Shown here: in pieces, positions 1 to 11,906 of the stretch | Layout of the letters: each line of letters starts with the position of its first letter | Numbering within the stretch: position 1 is the stretch's first letter | Origin: Euglena gracilis | Taxonomy: Eukaryota | Assembly: GCA_039621445.1 (NCBI GenBank) | Contig: CP154954.1 | Span: 18,400,642 to 18,464,641 of the forward strand | DNA length: 64,000 bases | Reading direction: 5' to 3' | Position numbers and translations under genes: made by a program | The notes under the pieces: model-generated | The model's input: only the letters and a program-made list of their open reading frames with translations | Told to the model about the DNA's origin: nothing | Database searches by the model: none

Positions 1-1090
1 AGGTGGATGAGTCGGAGTGCAGCACATGTTTGGGTGTTTTTAAGAAGGGTCGACCTGCCCCTGGCACCAGGAACTCTTTGAGATGTTTGATTTCCAGTTT
101 CAACTGGGGGGGTATTGGTACTGCAAAATCCCAGCCCATGGTATCGTTTAACTGGCTGAATTTTTTGACATTCCTGTGTGACCAGCCTTAGGAATGGAAG
201 GGCAGGGAGGTGCGAACGTATTTGCCCTAGGATGCTGGCAATTTTTCTGCAAGAAAGGCTTTGAGCTAAGACCACTTTCCCCAGTTCCTTTCTGATGATT
301 TTTAATTTTCCAGCTGGCACCTCCAGCAGCCACTCCTGCAGGTGGATGATGAACCCCAGGTGCTGCAGCTTTTCAGTGGGGGAGAGAATGGATTTTTTCA
401 GGTTTATTTTGAAACCTGCAGAGCACAGATTGTTGATCATCATGGCCAGTTGCTCTTTTACCAAATTTTCTGAGGAACCAATTAGAATGATGTCGTCCAA
501 ATAAACGAATGCCATGAGCCGATTTGATATCCAGAGTCTTTGGAGCACTTTCATGAGGGACATGAAAATTTCTGGAAGAGTGCTTAGACCAAAACAAGCA
601 CCTTGAAACTCCCACAGCCTTCCCCCTACTTCCATCCTTACAATTTTTTTGAAAATTTCTTGAAGGGCCAGGTGAAAGTAGGCATCTTTGAGATCCAGCT
701 TTGCAGCATACCAGCCTTGCTTTAGGAGAGGAAAAATGGTGGAGATGTTTTCCAAGGTGAATTTTTTTGGGGAACAGTAAAGATTGAGTTGCCTGCAGTC
801 TGCAATGAGACGATGTTTTACCCCCTCCCCTTCTGGTCTGCTCAACAAAAACCAGGGAACCAGATGCCTGGTGTTTTGCGGATATGTAACCACTTTGACA
901 GCTCCTGATTTTTTGTAATCCTTCAAAATTTCTGTGGCCAGTAAAGTTTTTGGCTTGTTCTTTTGATGTGGACAGGTGGAAAGCTTTTCTGGAAGGGGTC
1001 GATCTGGTCCCACCCCTTGTCGGATCATTCGCACCACTTTGGTGTGAGCGTGGGTTTTCAACCAGGGGAGACATTCTCTCAACCTCTGAA
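1..1090 (-). CDS. DIRS reverse transcriptase (partial; probable frameshift near the 5' end; absent from the ORF track)
   Basis: Manual minus-strand translation: WFLLSRPEGEGVKHRLIADCRQLN...AAKLDLKDAYFHLAL...FQGACFGLSTLPEIF...AFVYLDDIILIG (YLDD at 492-503)...GFKINLKKS...QHLGF. Confidence 0.9.
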
Positions 1091-1500
1091 AGACAGGGGA
1101 ATCTTTCCATCTTTCCTCCTGACTTAGGATTATCCTTACAACCCCCTCTTCCCACTCCCCTGGCTGCTGCTGCAGATTGGGGCTCTGGGCCCCCTGGTTG
1201 GGGCTGGCTGATATGGAACATGAGGTTGTGGGACAAGGTAATGGTTGTGGGGCATCTTGCTCCTTCCAGATCCTGATGGCTTGACTCCTGTTCACCCCAA
1301 TCTGGGGTCTGTCTGGTGCCCTCTCCAGGGGCCTGGGTGTCAGGGCTTCCCTCTGCCCTTTCTCCTGCAGTGGAAATGTAGGGAAGAATGAGATTTGATT
1401 GGGTGCCATACCCTTTGGAGGTCCAGGGACTTCTCCATACTGGGCTGCCATAGCCTCCCCTGCCACCCTTGAATCCTCCTTTGAAACCCTTGAATCCTGC

Positions 1501-2418
1501 TTAAAATTTCCAGCCTCGGCTGCCTGTGGGGGTGGGAAAATGCCACCATTCCACCCGACCCACTGGTGTGTGCATACCAGCAATGTTCAGCTGTTGCTGA
1601 GTCCTCTCCACCCGAAGATCTTCTTTTGAAAATAGACCGTTTGATGTTGAAGGTATGGATCCTGGAACACTTCGACGTTTCCGTTCTCGTAGAAGGCCTT
1701 GTTCTAATTCCGCCATGGCGAAGAAGAGCTGCTGGAAGAGGACTCTGTAGTCCTCTGGCAAAGTATCCACTTGACTGTAGATGGTGGCCATCATCCTCAT
1801 CAAGTGTATGACCCTTTGTTGAACACCTTTCAGCATCTTGTCCATGGGTGCTTTGGCATCCTGGTTGTGGTTGTTGTCCTCGGCGCGCATTTTCAGGTCC
1901 TGGAAGAGTGGCAGCTCGTGGAGGACTTGTTTCCAGGGTGACCTTGTACCTGCCGCCGCCTGCTTGAGGCAGGCCGACAGCCCTTGAGGGAGGGGGGTCG
2001 TGTCTGCCTGCCAGGGGAGCCTCTCCGCTGCCGCCTCCGCCGCCGCATCGTCCTCGTCCTCCTCGTCGTCCTCCGCCATCGCGGAGCTCGCCGCGACCAT
2101 CTGTTTCCCTTTCTTCTCTGCTGTGGCGCCGTCCAGCATCGTTTTCCACGTCTCGGCCAGTCTGAAGGCACACTCTCCTGCCCGCTCGCTCAGCTCTAAC
2201 TGCAGCACTTCGATCCCACGTACCAAGGCGATGGAGAAGTGGAAGCTCATGAGGTAGATATGCCGCTGATACCTCTTAGCTCCTTCGCTGCCCTCACTGT
2301 ATTCCAGCCTCCTCCTTGCCAGCGTAAGCCTGCCGCTAAGACTCTTTGAACATCTTCCCCAGAGGTGTCTGGCAGAAATGCTCCCACCAGGTCTGTGTTC
2401 AAAAAGAAAGTGCCCCAC
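1501..2418 (-). CDS. gag-like ORF1 of DIRS copy 1
   Basis: 305-aa ORF upstream of the RT; clearly homologous to copy 3 ORF1 (RAEDNNH..D, GVQQR, QQLF, RRS, LF...DL.V.RT). Confidence 0.7.
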   Translation of the reverse strand: MGHFLFEHRPGGSISARHLWGRCSKSLSGRLTLARRRLEYSEGSEGAKRYQRHIYLMSFHFSIALVRGIEVLQLELSERAGECAFRLAETWKTMLDGATAEKKGKQMVAASSAMAEDDEEDEDDAAAEAAAERLPWQADTTPLPQGLSACLKQAAAGTRSPWKQVLHELPLFQDLKMRAEDNNHNQDAKAPMDKMLKGVQQRVIHLMRMMATIYSQVDTLPEDYRVLFQQLFFAMAELEQGLLRERKRRSVPGSIPSTSNGLFSKEDLRVERTQQQLNIAGMHTPVGRVEWWHFPTPTGSRGWKF

Positions 2419-2751
2419 GCACTGTTGTACTTTGCTTCGTCTTCGGATAGTAAATCCAGCGTTGTGAAACTCATTTTTTCGATCGAAGGACGATTATGAT
2501 CCGCCAACTCCGGCAACAAAAAGCAGTAAGAAAGACCTCGCCAAAAACAACCACACAACAAGCCGGCAAAAGAAGCAGGACCTCACCCCCAGAGTGTGCG
2601 CAGCCCGAATGGTCTGCTCGGGTTGTTTTTGGTGCGTTTGTTTAGGAGGTCCCGCGTAGTGCGTTTTTTCGTGGAGTTCAATTTATCCAAAAAAAAAGAC
2701 GCTGGTTCAGAACCTAGAAGCAGAAATAGTTGAAGTATCTGAAATATTTTA

Positions 2752-3711
2752 ATGAAAGATGCAATTTCTAAGACGAACAGCGCTGGAGAACTTCAAGAGA
2801 AAGCAGCAGAAGAAGAGCAGCTGGGCAACCTGACGGCACGGATCGACTGTGGCGAACCGTGGCTGCCCATTCCCCGAAAGAAATTTCCCAAAAAAAACCT
2901 TCCACAACCCAAACCCCTCAAAGTGATGGCCACGGACCCCGGCAGACAGCGCCCCGCAAGGGGCAGAAGCAACGCCCAGCAGGCCACTACGGCCATTGAA
3001 ACCAGGGACGTGTGGGCCAACGTTCCACAAAACAGTGTGCATCAAAGCGGGGCTATGGCAGCCAAAACCTCACAGGCCATGAAGGCAACTAAGGCAATGA
3101 CGGCACAAACGGCCATGAAGGCATGTGCATTTACAAAAGTCGCTGGAACAACGTCCAAGGTGGTCACAAGCACAACGGCCCCACAGGGCATGGCAGGGGC
3201 AGACAAGGTCAAACACCACATCCCCACCATTTCTCAATCACACCACCCCTCGGGGGGTCAGGGGTGGGGCCCCAAGAACCCCTCAAGATTTCAAATGGGC
3301 ATGGCGACCCAGAAACTAATCAGGCCATTGGGGCCTTTCAACTTATCATCAAGGCCATTGGGGCCAGAAATATCAACAAGAAGATCAACAATTACAACAA
3401 TACCACAGGGGGATCCTTCACAGGCCCCCCAGAAGCTAAGGGGCAGCCTTGCAAGGGCTTTGTATTTAAATTGGCAGCCCCCTGTCCAGCCCCAGGAGAA
3501 AGATGGCTCCCCAAAGGCCAGCCAGGAGGAACAGGAAGGGGGAGGCTCCCCACCAGCATATATTCCTATTCCATCAACAGGTGGGGGGCACAGAGGCCCC
3601 CCTGTGGTATGGCTACCAACCCCACAAACATCAAGAAAACCAGATAGGAAAAACAGGGCCAGTAAGCCCTATGGCATGTGCTCCAACGACAATATCCTCC
3701 AGAGAGAGTAG
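2752..3711 (+). CDS. putative gag-like ORF1 of DIRS copy 2
   Basis: 319-aa low-complexity ORF between the left ITR and the RT; assigned by position only. Confidence 0.45.
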   Translation: MKDAISKTNSAGELQEKAAEEEQLGNLTARIDCGEPWLPIPRKKFPKKNLPQPKPLKVMATDPGRQRPARGRSNAQQATTAIETRDVWANVPQNSVHQSGAMAAKTSQAMKATKAMTAQTAMKACAFTKVAGTTSKVVTSTTAPQGMAGADKVKHHIPTISQSHHPSGGQGWGPKNPSRFQMGMATQKLIRPLGPFNLSSRPLGPEISTRRSTITTIPQGDPSQAPQKLRGSLARALYLNWQPPVQPQEKDGSPKASQEEQEGGGSPPAYIPIPSTGGGHRGPPVVWLPTPQTSRKPDRKNRASKPYGMCSNDNILQRE

Positions 3712-3849
3712 AGTGTGAGCAGAGAGGGACACTTTCTTCTTCCAAGGGCTCAAACCCTAGGGGCTCTGTGGGATGTGAAATGTCCAACACCCCCCACCCA
3801 GCCACCAGAAAAACATCTTGTTGGGAAAATACATTCCATGGAGGAAAAA

Positions 3850-5600
3850 TGGGGAAACACCCCCCTGTACCAGAGACTTCAGAAATATCCGAAATGGTGA
3901 ACAAAAAATGCCCCCCAGCAACATGTCAATTGATAAAAAAAAATAGAGTTCAACCCCCCTGGGTAAATCCCCCAAAAATGTCCACCCACCCAAAACCCAG
4001 AGCCAACTTGGACCTGAACCTGGCAGAAAAAAAAATCTGCTGCATTACGAAAAAACTGGGTCAGTGAAACGATTTTGGGATTCATAAACCCAGCACTTGA
4101 TCCCATGGTTTCAATTTCAAAACCAGAAGGAGGAACAACCAACTGGAGAATGATCAGTGACTGCAGAGAAATAAATCAGCAGTTTCAAGTAAAACCTTTC
4201 AAACTGCATCATATCAAGTACATTTTTCCATTTTCGGAAAATGGCCACTGGGCAGCAAAAATAGACCTAACGGATGCCCATTTTCATATTCCATTAAGTC
4301 CAGGCCTAAGGCCTTTTTTAAGGCATCGGGTAGGGTGGCAGGCCCGGTAATTTCAAACAGGCTGCTTTGGGCTAAATGTTATGTCCCAGATTTTCATCTC
4401 AGTGACGAAAACTTTCGAAAAGCTGCGGCGAAAAAGGCGCATCCAGGTGTTTATTTATCTGGAGGACATTTTGCTGGTGGCCCCCACCCAAAACATGTTG
4501 CACAGTCACATGAACGGAGTCGTCAAAGATTTGCTGAATCAGGGTTCAAAATCAATGTGAAAAAGCCCACCCTCCAGCCCACCCAAGTTATAAAACATCT
4601 GGGTTTTCAACTAAATTTCCAGGAACCAAAGTTACAGGTGCCTCCCCAGAAAGTCAAAACCATAAAAAAGGAGAGAGTAAAAATTGTGAAAAAATATTAC
4701 GTGGCAAAAAGGCAGTTGGCTGCAATTTTGGGTCAAAGAAGATGAAACCTAATGGCCGTGCCCTTTTAAAGGCTTTTAAAGGCTTTTACGGACACCCTGG
4801 CATTTTTTTGGCGGCAAAGTCCACACCCCCCTGTGACTCAAAACACCTAATTTTCCAGGAATTCAACGCCCATATAGGAAATATAAATTCTACTGGACAC
4901 CTGGGGAGGGGGCAGACCTTTTCCCCCAAAATGCAACCAAGGAGTTACACTCAGACAGCGGCACCCATGCCTGGGGGCGGCGCTGGACATCCACACAGGA
5001 GAACTTGTGCAGGAATTTTGGAGAAAAGACTCCATTTTTCACATAAATGTAAAGGAGCTCAGTGCAGCAATCAGCACTGTGAAACGTTTGAGCAACCCTG
5101 CGGAAACAGTTTCTTTGTCCGTAGACAACCAGGTAATTTACTATTACCTGACAAAGGGGGGCAGAAAGGACCCCTTCAACAAAATGATAAGACTCATTTG
5201 TCAAACGGTGCATGTAAAAACAAGTAAACCTCCAAGTAAACTGGGTGCCTTCAAAAGAATTCCCAGCAGACATTGGGGACTTTATGCAAACCTCCCTGGT
5301 CAACAATTCGAAAATTTCTGCCCAGGTTGAAAATGTTTCTGCAGACCAAAGTTTTTTTCCCCAGACCAAAGTTTTGATGGTCACCCCTACTGGGATTCAG
5401 CCACCTGGTGGCCCCAACTAATAAAAATGAAAGTTCCAGGGACCCCCTGCCTGAAAATCCTCCCCTACGGGGGTATGTTCACCAATTGAAGGAGGCAACA
5501 AATGCCACCACCCCCCAGGTGGCCCCTGTTTTGCATGATTTGCTCAGGCAAATTTTGGAGGGGAAACAAATTCAGGTTAGATCCATTGACGATTTCCTGG
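3850..5600 (+). pseudogene. DIRS RT-RNase H-methyltransferase-like pol, with stops and frameshifts
   Basis: RT: WRMISDCREIN, AAKIDLTDAHFHIPL, CFGLN, IYLEDILL, GFKIN, KHLGF. RNase H: HINVKELSAA, VDNQV, WVPS. MT-like: YANLP...KVLMVTPYWDSATWWPQL. Confidence 0.88.
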
Positions 5601-6430
5601 GATAAGCCCCGGTTTAAAACGTTATCAGAGTGCTTTTGCACTTCTGGGGGTAATTTTGGAGCAAATGGGGGTACCTCCCCATTAAGCCACAACAGACCAA
5701 GTAGCTGACGCTTTAATACAATTATTCCAATTTTACAAGGCCCAACCCCGTAATGCATACAGTGCTGTGCTTTGATTCCTGGGTTTGGTGGGCTAAGATT
5801 ACACACCCTGTTCACCCCTGAAAAGAGGCTTTGGAACCAAAATCTGGAGAAGTAGGCATGTTGGGACCCATTCCCAATCCTCCTGGGGCTGGCCAGTGCC
5901 ACAATGCCCACTGATATTGGTACACTGCATAAACAGCTTATTTCTTGCTCACGAATCCTCTGTACATACAGGTCCTCAGTCTTGGCACAGGTCAAACGAA
6001 CCACCAGTGTGTTGGGTGCGGAACTCTACATAAAAACCAAGCGTAAAGTTCAGAAGTTTCACAAGTGTGAGAGGGTTGTGTCAATTCCCCAATGTCCACA
6101 AACAAGCCCCTTGCAATTAATGATGTCTTATGTGGCTGCCACACGTTCATTCGTCAGACCTGGGGCCCCCGGCTGATTTCATTAAGGTCCCCCTTCAGGG
6201 CCATAAGTGCAGATACCATTGCTTCTGTCATAAAAGAATTTTTGGCCAAGCATGGGGTGACCCCACAGGTGTGGGAGGCCCATTCCCCCAGAGGAGCAGG
6301 AGTTTTTTTACTCAAAAAATTGGGCCTTTCTGCCCGAGAAGATTGTGAAATTGGCCAGCGGAGGGGGGTGGAAGCATTCACAGCCCATTATCAAAGACTT
6401 GGTGCCCAAGGTGCCTTGTATAATGCCCCG
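5600..6430 (+). pseudogene. DIRS tyrosine recombinase, disrupted
   Basis: C-terminal YR motifs HSPRGAG...IGQR...FTAHY (H-x-x-R and catalytic Y); stops and frameshifts upstream. Confidence 0.85.
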
Positions 6431-7023
6431 GCCCCCCTAATTTTTGTGCACATTCAGGCCTCACAATGGCAAAGTGCGGAGCCCGAGGTGTCTCGCACTT
6501 CCTTGAGGCAGACCGAAAAGGGAGGAAGGGACACCGAGGGCGAAGCACAAAGACCTTGTGAGCCAGACCCCCCCCCATCCGTAAAACAAATTTTTGTCTT
6601 TAAAAGCACTCGGTCAGCAGTGGGGGTCCAGGCGGGGAAGAGGGGTCCCAGGGGCAGGAAGCCACATCGCCAAGACGGAGCAGCGTCGTCAGCCAACTCC
6701 GGCGAGGCGGCACTAAGCGGGACCTCCTAACCCAACACACCAAACACAACCCGAAAAGCACCGCCGGCGAGCAGGGAATGGCCTCACAAGGTCTTTGTGC
6801 ATCGCCTTGGTGTCCCTTCCTCCCTTGTCTGTTTGCCTGGCTCCTAATTGCCCTCGGAAAAATTTAAGTACTTTGACCAAACTTGTGCCAACGGTCTTGG
6901 GGCGCACAAATTCAAATTTCATTGAAATGTTCGCCAGTCATCAACGAGCGCTTTTTCGGAAGAGGGACAGGCAGTCCCTTCCTCTCCCCCCTCCGGTGCC
7001 GTGGGAGGCTGGCACTTCTTGGC

Positions 7024-7376
7024 GACACCTCGGGCTCCGCACTTTGCCCTTGTGTAGCCATGCCTTGCAAAGGCATGGCCTCGCAAGGCCTTTGCCCTTC
7101 GCGGTCGGTGCCCCTTCCTCCCTTGTCGGTTTGCCTCGCGGGAGTAAGAGACGCGGTGGTGTATCTTGGTGCATCTATAGGTATCGATAGGTGCGTCTTG
7201 GGCAAAGCGCAACGACCTTCTGAGGCCATGCGGACACCTCTCGGCCTCCACGCTTTGCCCTTGTGAGACCATGCCTTGCCCGCCGGCGGGGGGGGGGGGA
7301 AGGGTACGCATAAGGACTTTGTGCTTCGTCCTCGGTGTTCCTCCCTTCATTGCGGGTTTTCCTCGAGGGAGTACGA
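7024..7376 (+). repeat. two tandem DIRS terminus-only units (left-start plus right extension)
   Basis: 7024-7046 and about 7233-7257 are the reverse complement of the 5' part of the copy 2 ICR. 7078-7150 and 7311-7376 are the reverse complement of its 3' part. No coding sequence lies between them. Confidence 0.65.
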
Positions 7377-7729
7377 TGTTGTTATCGATTGCCATGGGCA
7401 TTAGCCCCTGCCACGAGCATGAAGCAGCTGCCGCCGGCAAGGAAGGCATGGCTTCACAAAGGTCTTTACCACTCCGGACTCGCACTTCGGTTGGGTGAGA
7501 TCCTGCTTGTTTGTGCCGGCTGTTTGTTCATGGTGTGCTCTTTGGTGGGGTGCTTCTTACTGCTTTTTGTTGCCGGAATTTGCGATCCTAATCGCCCTTT
7601 GGACTACAAGCAATCATGTCGACATCAATCACATCCGAGAGTTTGTCGTCAACAGACGAGAGCGTCTACAGTGCCAGGGGACCTGGCGCTCTGTGTCAAA
7701 AAGGCACAGCAAGGAGAAAGACTGGACAT

Positions 7730-8100
7730 GAGGCATGTCTTGCAAGACGTATCAGTGTTTACTGGAATGAAACAGAGGGCAGAAGACAACAATCACCAAG
7801 CCGATGGTCGTTCAATCGTTGCCAAATTTATGACGGGAGTGCAACAACGTATGCTGAACGCCATAAGGCTGCTGGCATTGCACCCCATTGTGCTGCAGCA
7901 GGACACGTCTTATCACCAGCTGTGTCAACAACTGTTTTACTATTTGGCTCAGAAGTGCAACTCCTGCGGGAGAGAAAAGCGCAGGAGCATCCTGGGAGCT
8001 GCGATGGAGTCCATCAACGTTCTATTCACTTCAGCAGATTTGCAGGTGGACAGAACGGTCCAGAACATCAATGGAGGAGGTAAGGCTCCCCTTACTCCCA
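7730..8100 (+). pseudogene. gag-like ORF1 remnant of DIRS copy 3
   Basis: RHVLQDVSVFTGMKQRAEDNNHQADG...GVQQRMLN...QQLFYYL aligns by eye with the copy 1 ORF1. Confidence 0.75.
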
Positions 8101-8631
8101 AGCGCTCCAAGTCGTATTTTCCCATCCGCACAGGTTGGGGACATTGGTGAAGAGAAGGTGGCAAGGGCAGTCGGCCCCTCAACAGGAGCTATGGCAGCTC
8201 ATACCCATCACCATGGCGGGGGAAGAGCCTGGACAAAGGCAGAATCTATGGATTCAAAGGTCGTGGACGTGGAGGAGCTTCCATCTGGCCAGCCAGTCTC
8301 CAGGCAAGAACAACGACCCAGGGTGGGTCCCAAAACTCAGCAGCTTTCTTATCAAGAATGCCCCCTACAGCACATGATTCAATGCAGGGAAAAACAGTGG
8401 GGGGACACCCTTGCCCCAAAGACTTTTGAAAACTCTGTCCAGGTGGAGAAAACATGGAAACACTTTTCTCTGTCAAATTCTGCAAGAAGGCATTCTACCA
8501 GATTTCCCATTACCCCTAAACCTGTCAAAAAAAACACAAGATTCTATGGGAGAGAAGAAATTGGTTTGGCAAACAGGATTTTGAGGGATTAGGAGTCCTC
8601 AGGTGCAGTCAGAAAGCTACCTCCAGGAGCT

Positions 8632-9830
8632 GTGTCCAAGCACTTGGTGCCTTGGTTCATCATTTCAAAAATGGAAAAGGACACCATCAAACATCGTTTG
8701 ATCACAAATTGCAAGGAATTAAACACATTTTTAACAACCCCCCCCATTCAAACTGACCACCCTGTCAGGGATCTTCCCCTACCTGCAGCAGGGTTGGTGG
8801 GGGGGAAGTTGGACCTCAAGGATGCATACTTCCATCTCCCCCTTCACCCATTTCTTCAGAAATATTTACATCTCCATGTGAGGGAAACGGTGTGGGAATT
8901 TCAGTCAGCCAGTTTTGGAATCAGCAAATTACTGTTCCTGTTCATGCAATTTATGAAGCCTCTGGAAAAACTGTGGCAGACAGGGGGCATCCTATCCTTT
9001 GTATATCTCGACGATATACTGTTTTTGGCAAAATCCTCCCAGCTGGTACAAGCAGGTTTCAAAATCAACATCCCCAGAAGTGTGTTACTCCCCAGTCACG
9101 TGATCCCCTACTTAGGAGCAGTGATAAACCTGGCAGAAGGAAACCTTCAGGTCCCACTTCAAAAGCTAAAAACCCTGAGAAAGGAAATCGGAAAAGTTTT
9201 GGTTGCAAGTCACCTAACTTGTCGAAAAATGGCTGCAATTATACAACCTCTGAGGAAAAAATGGTCATCATCTGTGCAAAAGTATGCTAATTTTTGGGAT
9301 GCCACCCCAATTGTGCAAAGACTGGCTGCTGATGATGCCCCCCTGCATACTTTGCCCTTTCCTGAACTGCGGTTACGTCTCATTGTGATTCTGCGTTTAT
9401 TCTCCTTTTTTCGAGGTGGGGATTTGGCTTCTCTCCTTAGAACCTGTTCCAGACTTCATGACAAATTCTTTATACAAGTCAGGAGAAAGGGTTTGAAACT
9501 CCATCGGTGGGAGCAATTGCCTTCTCTGAATTCACAAGTGCACATCAGTCAAGTACACTTTTGGTGGAGTATGTTAGACGTCCGGCTCACAAAGGAAAAA
9601 CCGGTTTTCCTTTCACTTCAACCGCCCTTTAACGCTTTGAAGCCAAATTCCATCAATGGCCTCACAAAAAAAATTTTGTTGCAGCAGGGGGTCCCTGCCC
9701 TGTATGGGGCACACAGCAAAAGAGGTGCAGGGGTCTCTTTCTTTTAGTCTTTTGGCTTGGACTCAGAGGAAGTGTGCCAAATTGGTAAGTGGAAAGATCT
9801 AAAAAGTTTTACATCCCATTATTTGCGCAT
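8632..9830 (+). pseudogene. DIRS RT fused in frame to YR by internal deletion (RNase H and MT lost)
   Basis: 371-aa ORF: LVPWFIISK..KHRLITNCKELN, KLDLKDAYFHL, VYLDDIL, then from about 9241 YR motifs FRGGDL...HSKRGAG. Stop at 9745-9747, after which IGKWKDLKSFTSHY continues. Confidence 0.85.
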
Positions 9831-11906
9831 CAACGCCCCAAAAAAGGCGGCAGAAAAAATCGACAATCTAGTGCACAAAATCTCACCCAAAAAGTGCGCC
9901 GCCCGAGTGGTCGTGCGCTCCGGGGACCTTTAGGGAGCCTGGAGGAAATGGCCAGGAGGGCGAAGCATAAGGGCAGTGTGAGTCCGCCCGCCCGCCCGAG
10001 GGGAAAAGACGATTCGAGTCCAAAAAGCCGCACCAGACTCACAAGGTCTTTGTGCTTCGCCCTCGGTGTCCCTTCCTCCCTTGTCGGTTTTCCTCGAGGG
10101 AGTACGAGACCGCCACCTCCGGCAACAAACACGCAGTAAGAAGCACCACACCAAAGACCACACCATGAACAAACAGCCGGCACAAACAAGCAGGATCTCG
10201 CCCTGCCCTTGTGCTTCGCCCTCCTGGTCATTTCCTCCTGGTTCCCTAAAGGTCCCCGGGGTGCACTGTGTCCCTTTCTCCCTTGTCGGTTTTCTCGAGG
10301 GAGTACGAATCTTGGGAGATGCGTGAGAGCACGGGCGATTTCCTGGCCAGAAACTCTCTAAAAGCGGTGCGCCACGCCAGAAAATGGAAAATGCCAGTTG
10401 TCCGGGGGGGGACATCGCCCATGAACAGGAACAGTCGGGCTCCGGGTCCCCCATCCACCATCTTGGTTTTCTGGGACGGGGCAAAAGAGGCTTCGCAAAC
10501 AAACGGACGCTGAGCACTGCAACACACAAGAGTGAAATCAACATCGGTGAGCAATAGCACAAAAGTTAGAGGAGGGGAAGGCTCAAATGTTGTGCTTTCG
10601 AGAACAAATCCAACATTTGATCCTCTCATGGAGTTCTCCCAACAAACCAGGTGCCCAGGAATGCACACAAGATGCACTGAGCATCCTTGCTATTGACAAC
10701 ATGAGCCTTGGTTTATCTGCCACTTTCAGAACATTTCACCCTTGATGGGACAGGTTTTTTCAAAACATTCAGGTGAAACCAGTAATCGGCTCCAATTGGT
10801 ACCTTTTTTTAACGTTTGCACAGGTTTTTTTTGTGAATCCCTGTAGATTTTTGATCATTGTTCCTGAATCCCCGTCTCAGAAATATCTGTGCGATGATGG
10901 TTGATGTGTTGTTTTTTGTGATTTGTGGAATAAATTCAAAAAAAATGATGGTTGATGTGTTGTTTCGCTGTGTTGACAAAAAGGTTGACAAAAAAAAGTG
11001 AGGTGCAATAAAATACAAATATGCACAGGGAGATGTACAAAGAGAAACCTCCAAATATGCAATGTGAATGCAAAAAAAATGCAAAAAAAAATGCAAAACT
11101 GCATGTAAAGTCCTTTAGGAACTCACCTGCTGGAAAGGGCCTAGAAAATTGTCACCTCTGACAAAAATTCTCATTGTACAACATTATTTGTTGTACAATT
11201 CGATGGACGTTTTCGATGATCCAGACCCAACTGGGAACACGCTTGGCCTGGGCACTCCGGCTCCAATTCCAAACCATAACCCAAACCCTATCCAAGCAAA
11301 TGACCCTGACCATACCTCCCTTCAAGGCCCTGCAGACCCCGCATCCGGGGGGGGGGGGGGGCGCTGCAGCCAGTCCAAATCCGGTCCAGCCCAACCGCAG
11401 CAGCACCACTCGGGGTGGGGGGGGGGTGCTAACCCAGCTAGCCAGCCTCTTTGTGCTGGGTCAAGCCCAAAAGTGTCCAGAGATGGTAAAAAAATGGTGT
11501 TTTTGGGGGATCTTTGGGTGTTTATTTTTGGGTGGTTGTCAGATGCTCATTTATTCCAAGGTGCTTTTTGTACGTCATTTTGTTGGGCAATTGTCCGGTT
11601 TTGGCCCAACCCGGACCTCCCCCCCCCTTGTCATTGACACAGCGTGTCATTGCCATACCTCCCGTGCCAACGGGACTTTTCTGGAAGAGAAGTTTTTTCT
11701 TTGCGTTGGACACACACAGTTTCTGAGGAAATTCAGCCAAGACGCTTCAAGATTGTGTTGGATCTCCTTGCCAGCCATGGCTTCAAATTCACTATGAACT
11801 TGGTGTTGGTGTTTGGTGCCATATGAGAGCCAATGGTGAAATTGTGGAGGCCAATTGTTGCTGGAGCGGTCTGTTTTTATTATTATTATGACACCCTGCT
11901 GTTGAC

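Larger units (their letters stand above)
1..2614 (-). mobile_element. DIRS1-like tyrosine-recombinase retrotransposon, copy 1 (5' part; runs off window start)
   Basis: Minus strand starts with the terminal motif GACCATTCGGGCTGCGCAC (2614 downward), followed by an ITR segment homologous to 7493-7577, a gag-like ORF, and an RT with DIRS-type motifs. Confidence 0.85.
2617..6840 (+). mobile_element. DIRS1-like retrotransposon, copy 2 (near full length, degenerate)
   Basis: Left ITR 2617-2654 is inverted relative to the right ITR at about 6718-6754. The right extension 6781-6840 is complementary to an internal ICR (about 6470-6563). Internal order is ORF1-RT-RNase H-MT-YR. Confidence 0.9.
7468..10266 (+). 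mobile_element. DIRS1-like retrotransposon, copy 3 (internally deleted, terminal structure complete)
   Basis: ITRs 7493-7577 and 10118-10203 are inverted with few mismatches. ICR 9893-9975 is the reverse complement of the left start (7468-7487) followed by that of the right extension (10204-10266). Confidence 0.9.

Noticed and set aside
373-1236. 287-aa minus-strand ORF as an independent gene
   Set aside because: It is mostly an alternative frame overlapping the DIRS RT; the RT motifs lie in another frame.
5600-6430. prophage or integron integrase
   Set aside because: The YR lies downstream of RT/RNase H within DIRS ITR-ICR termini, so it is a retrotransposon recombinase.
11640-11830. RT fragment (VLDLLASHGFKF)
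   Set aside because: A single weak motif with no flanking RT motifs; not enough to call.
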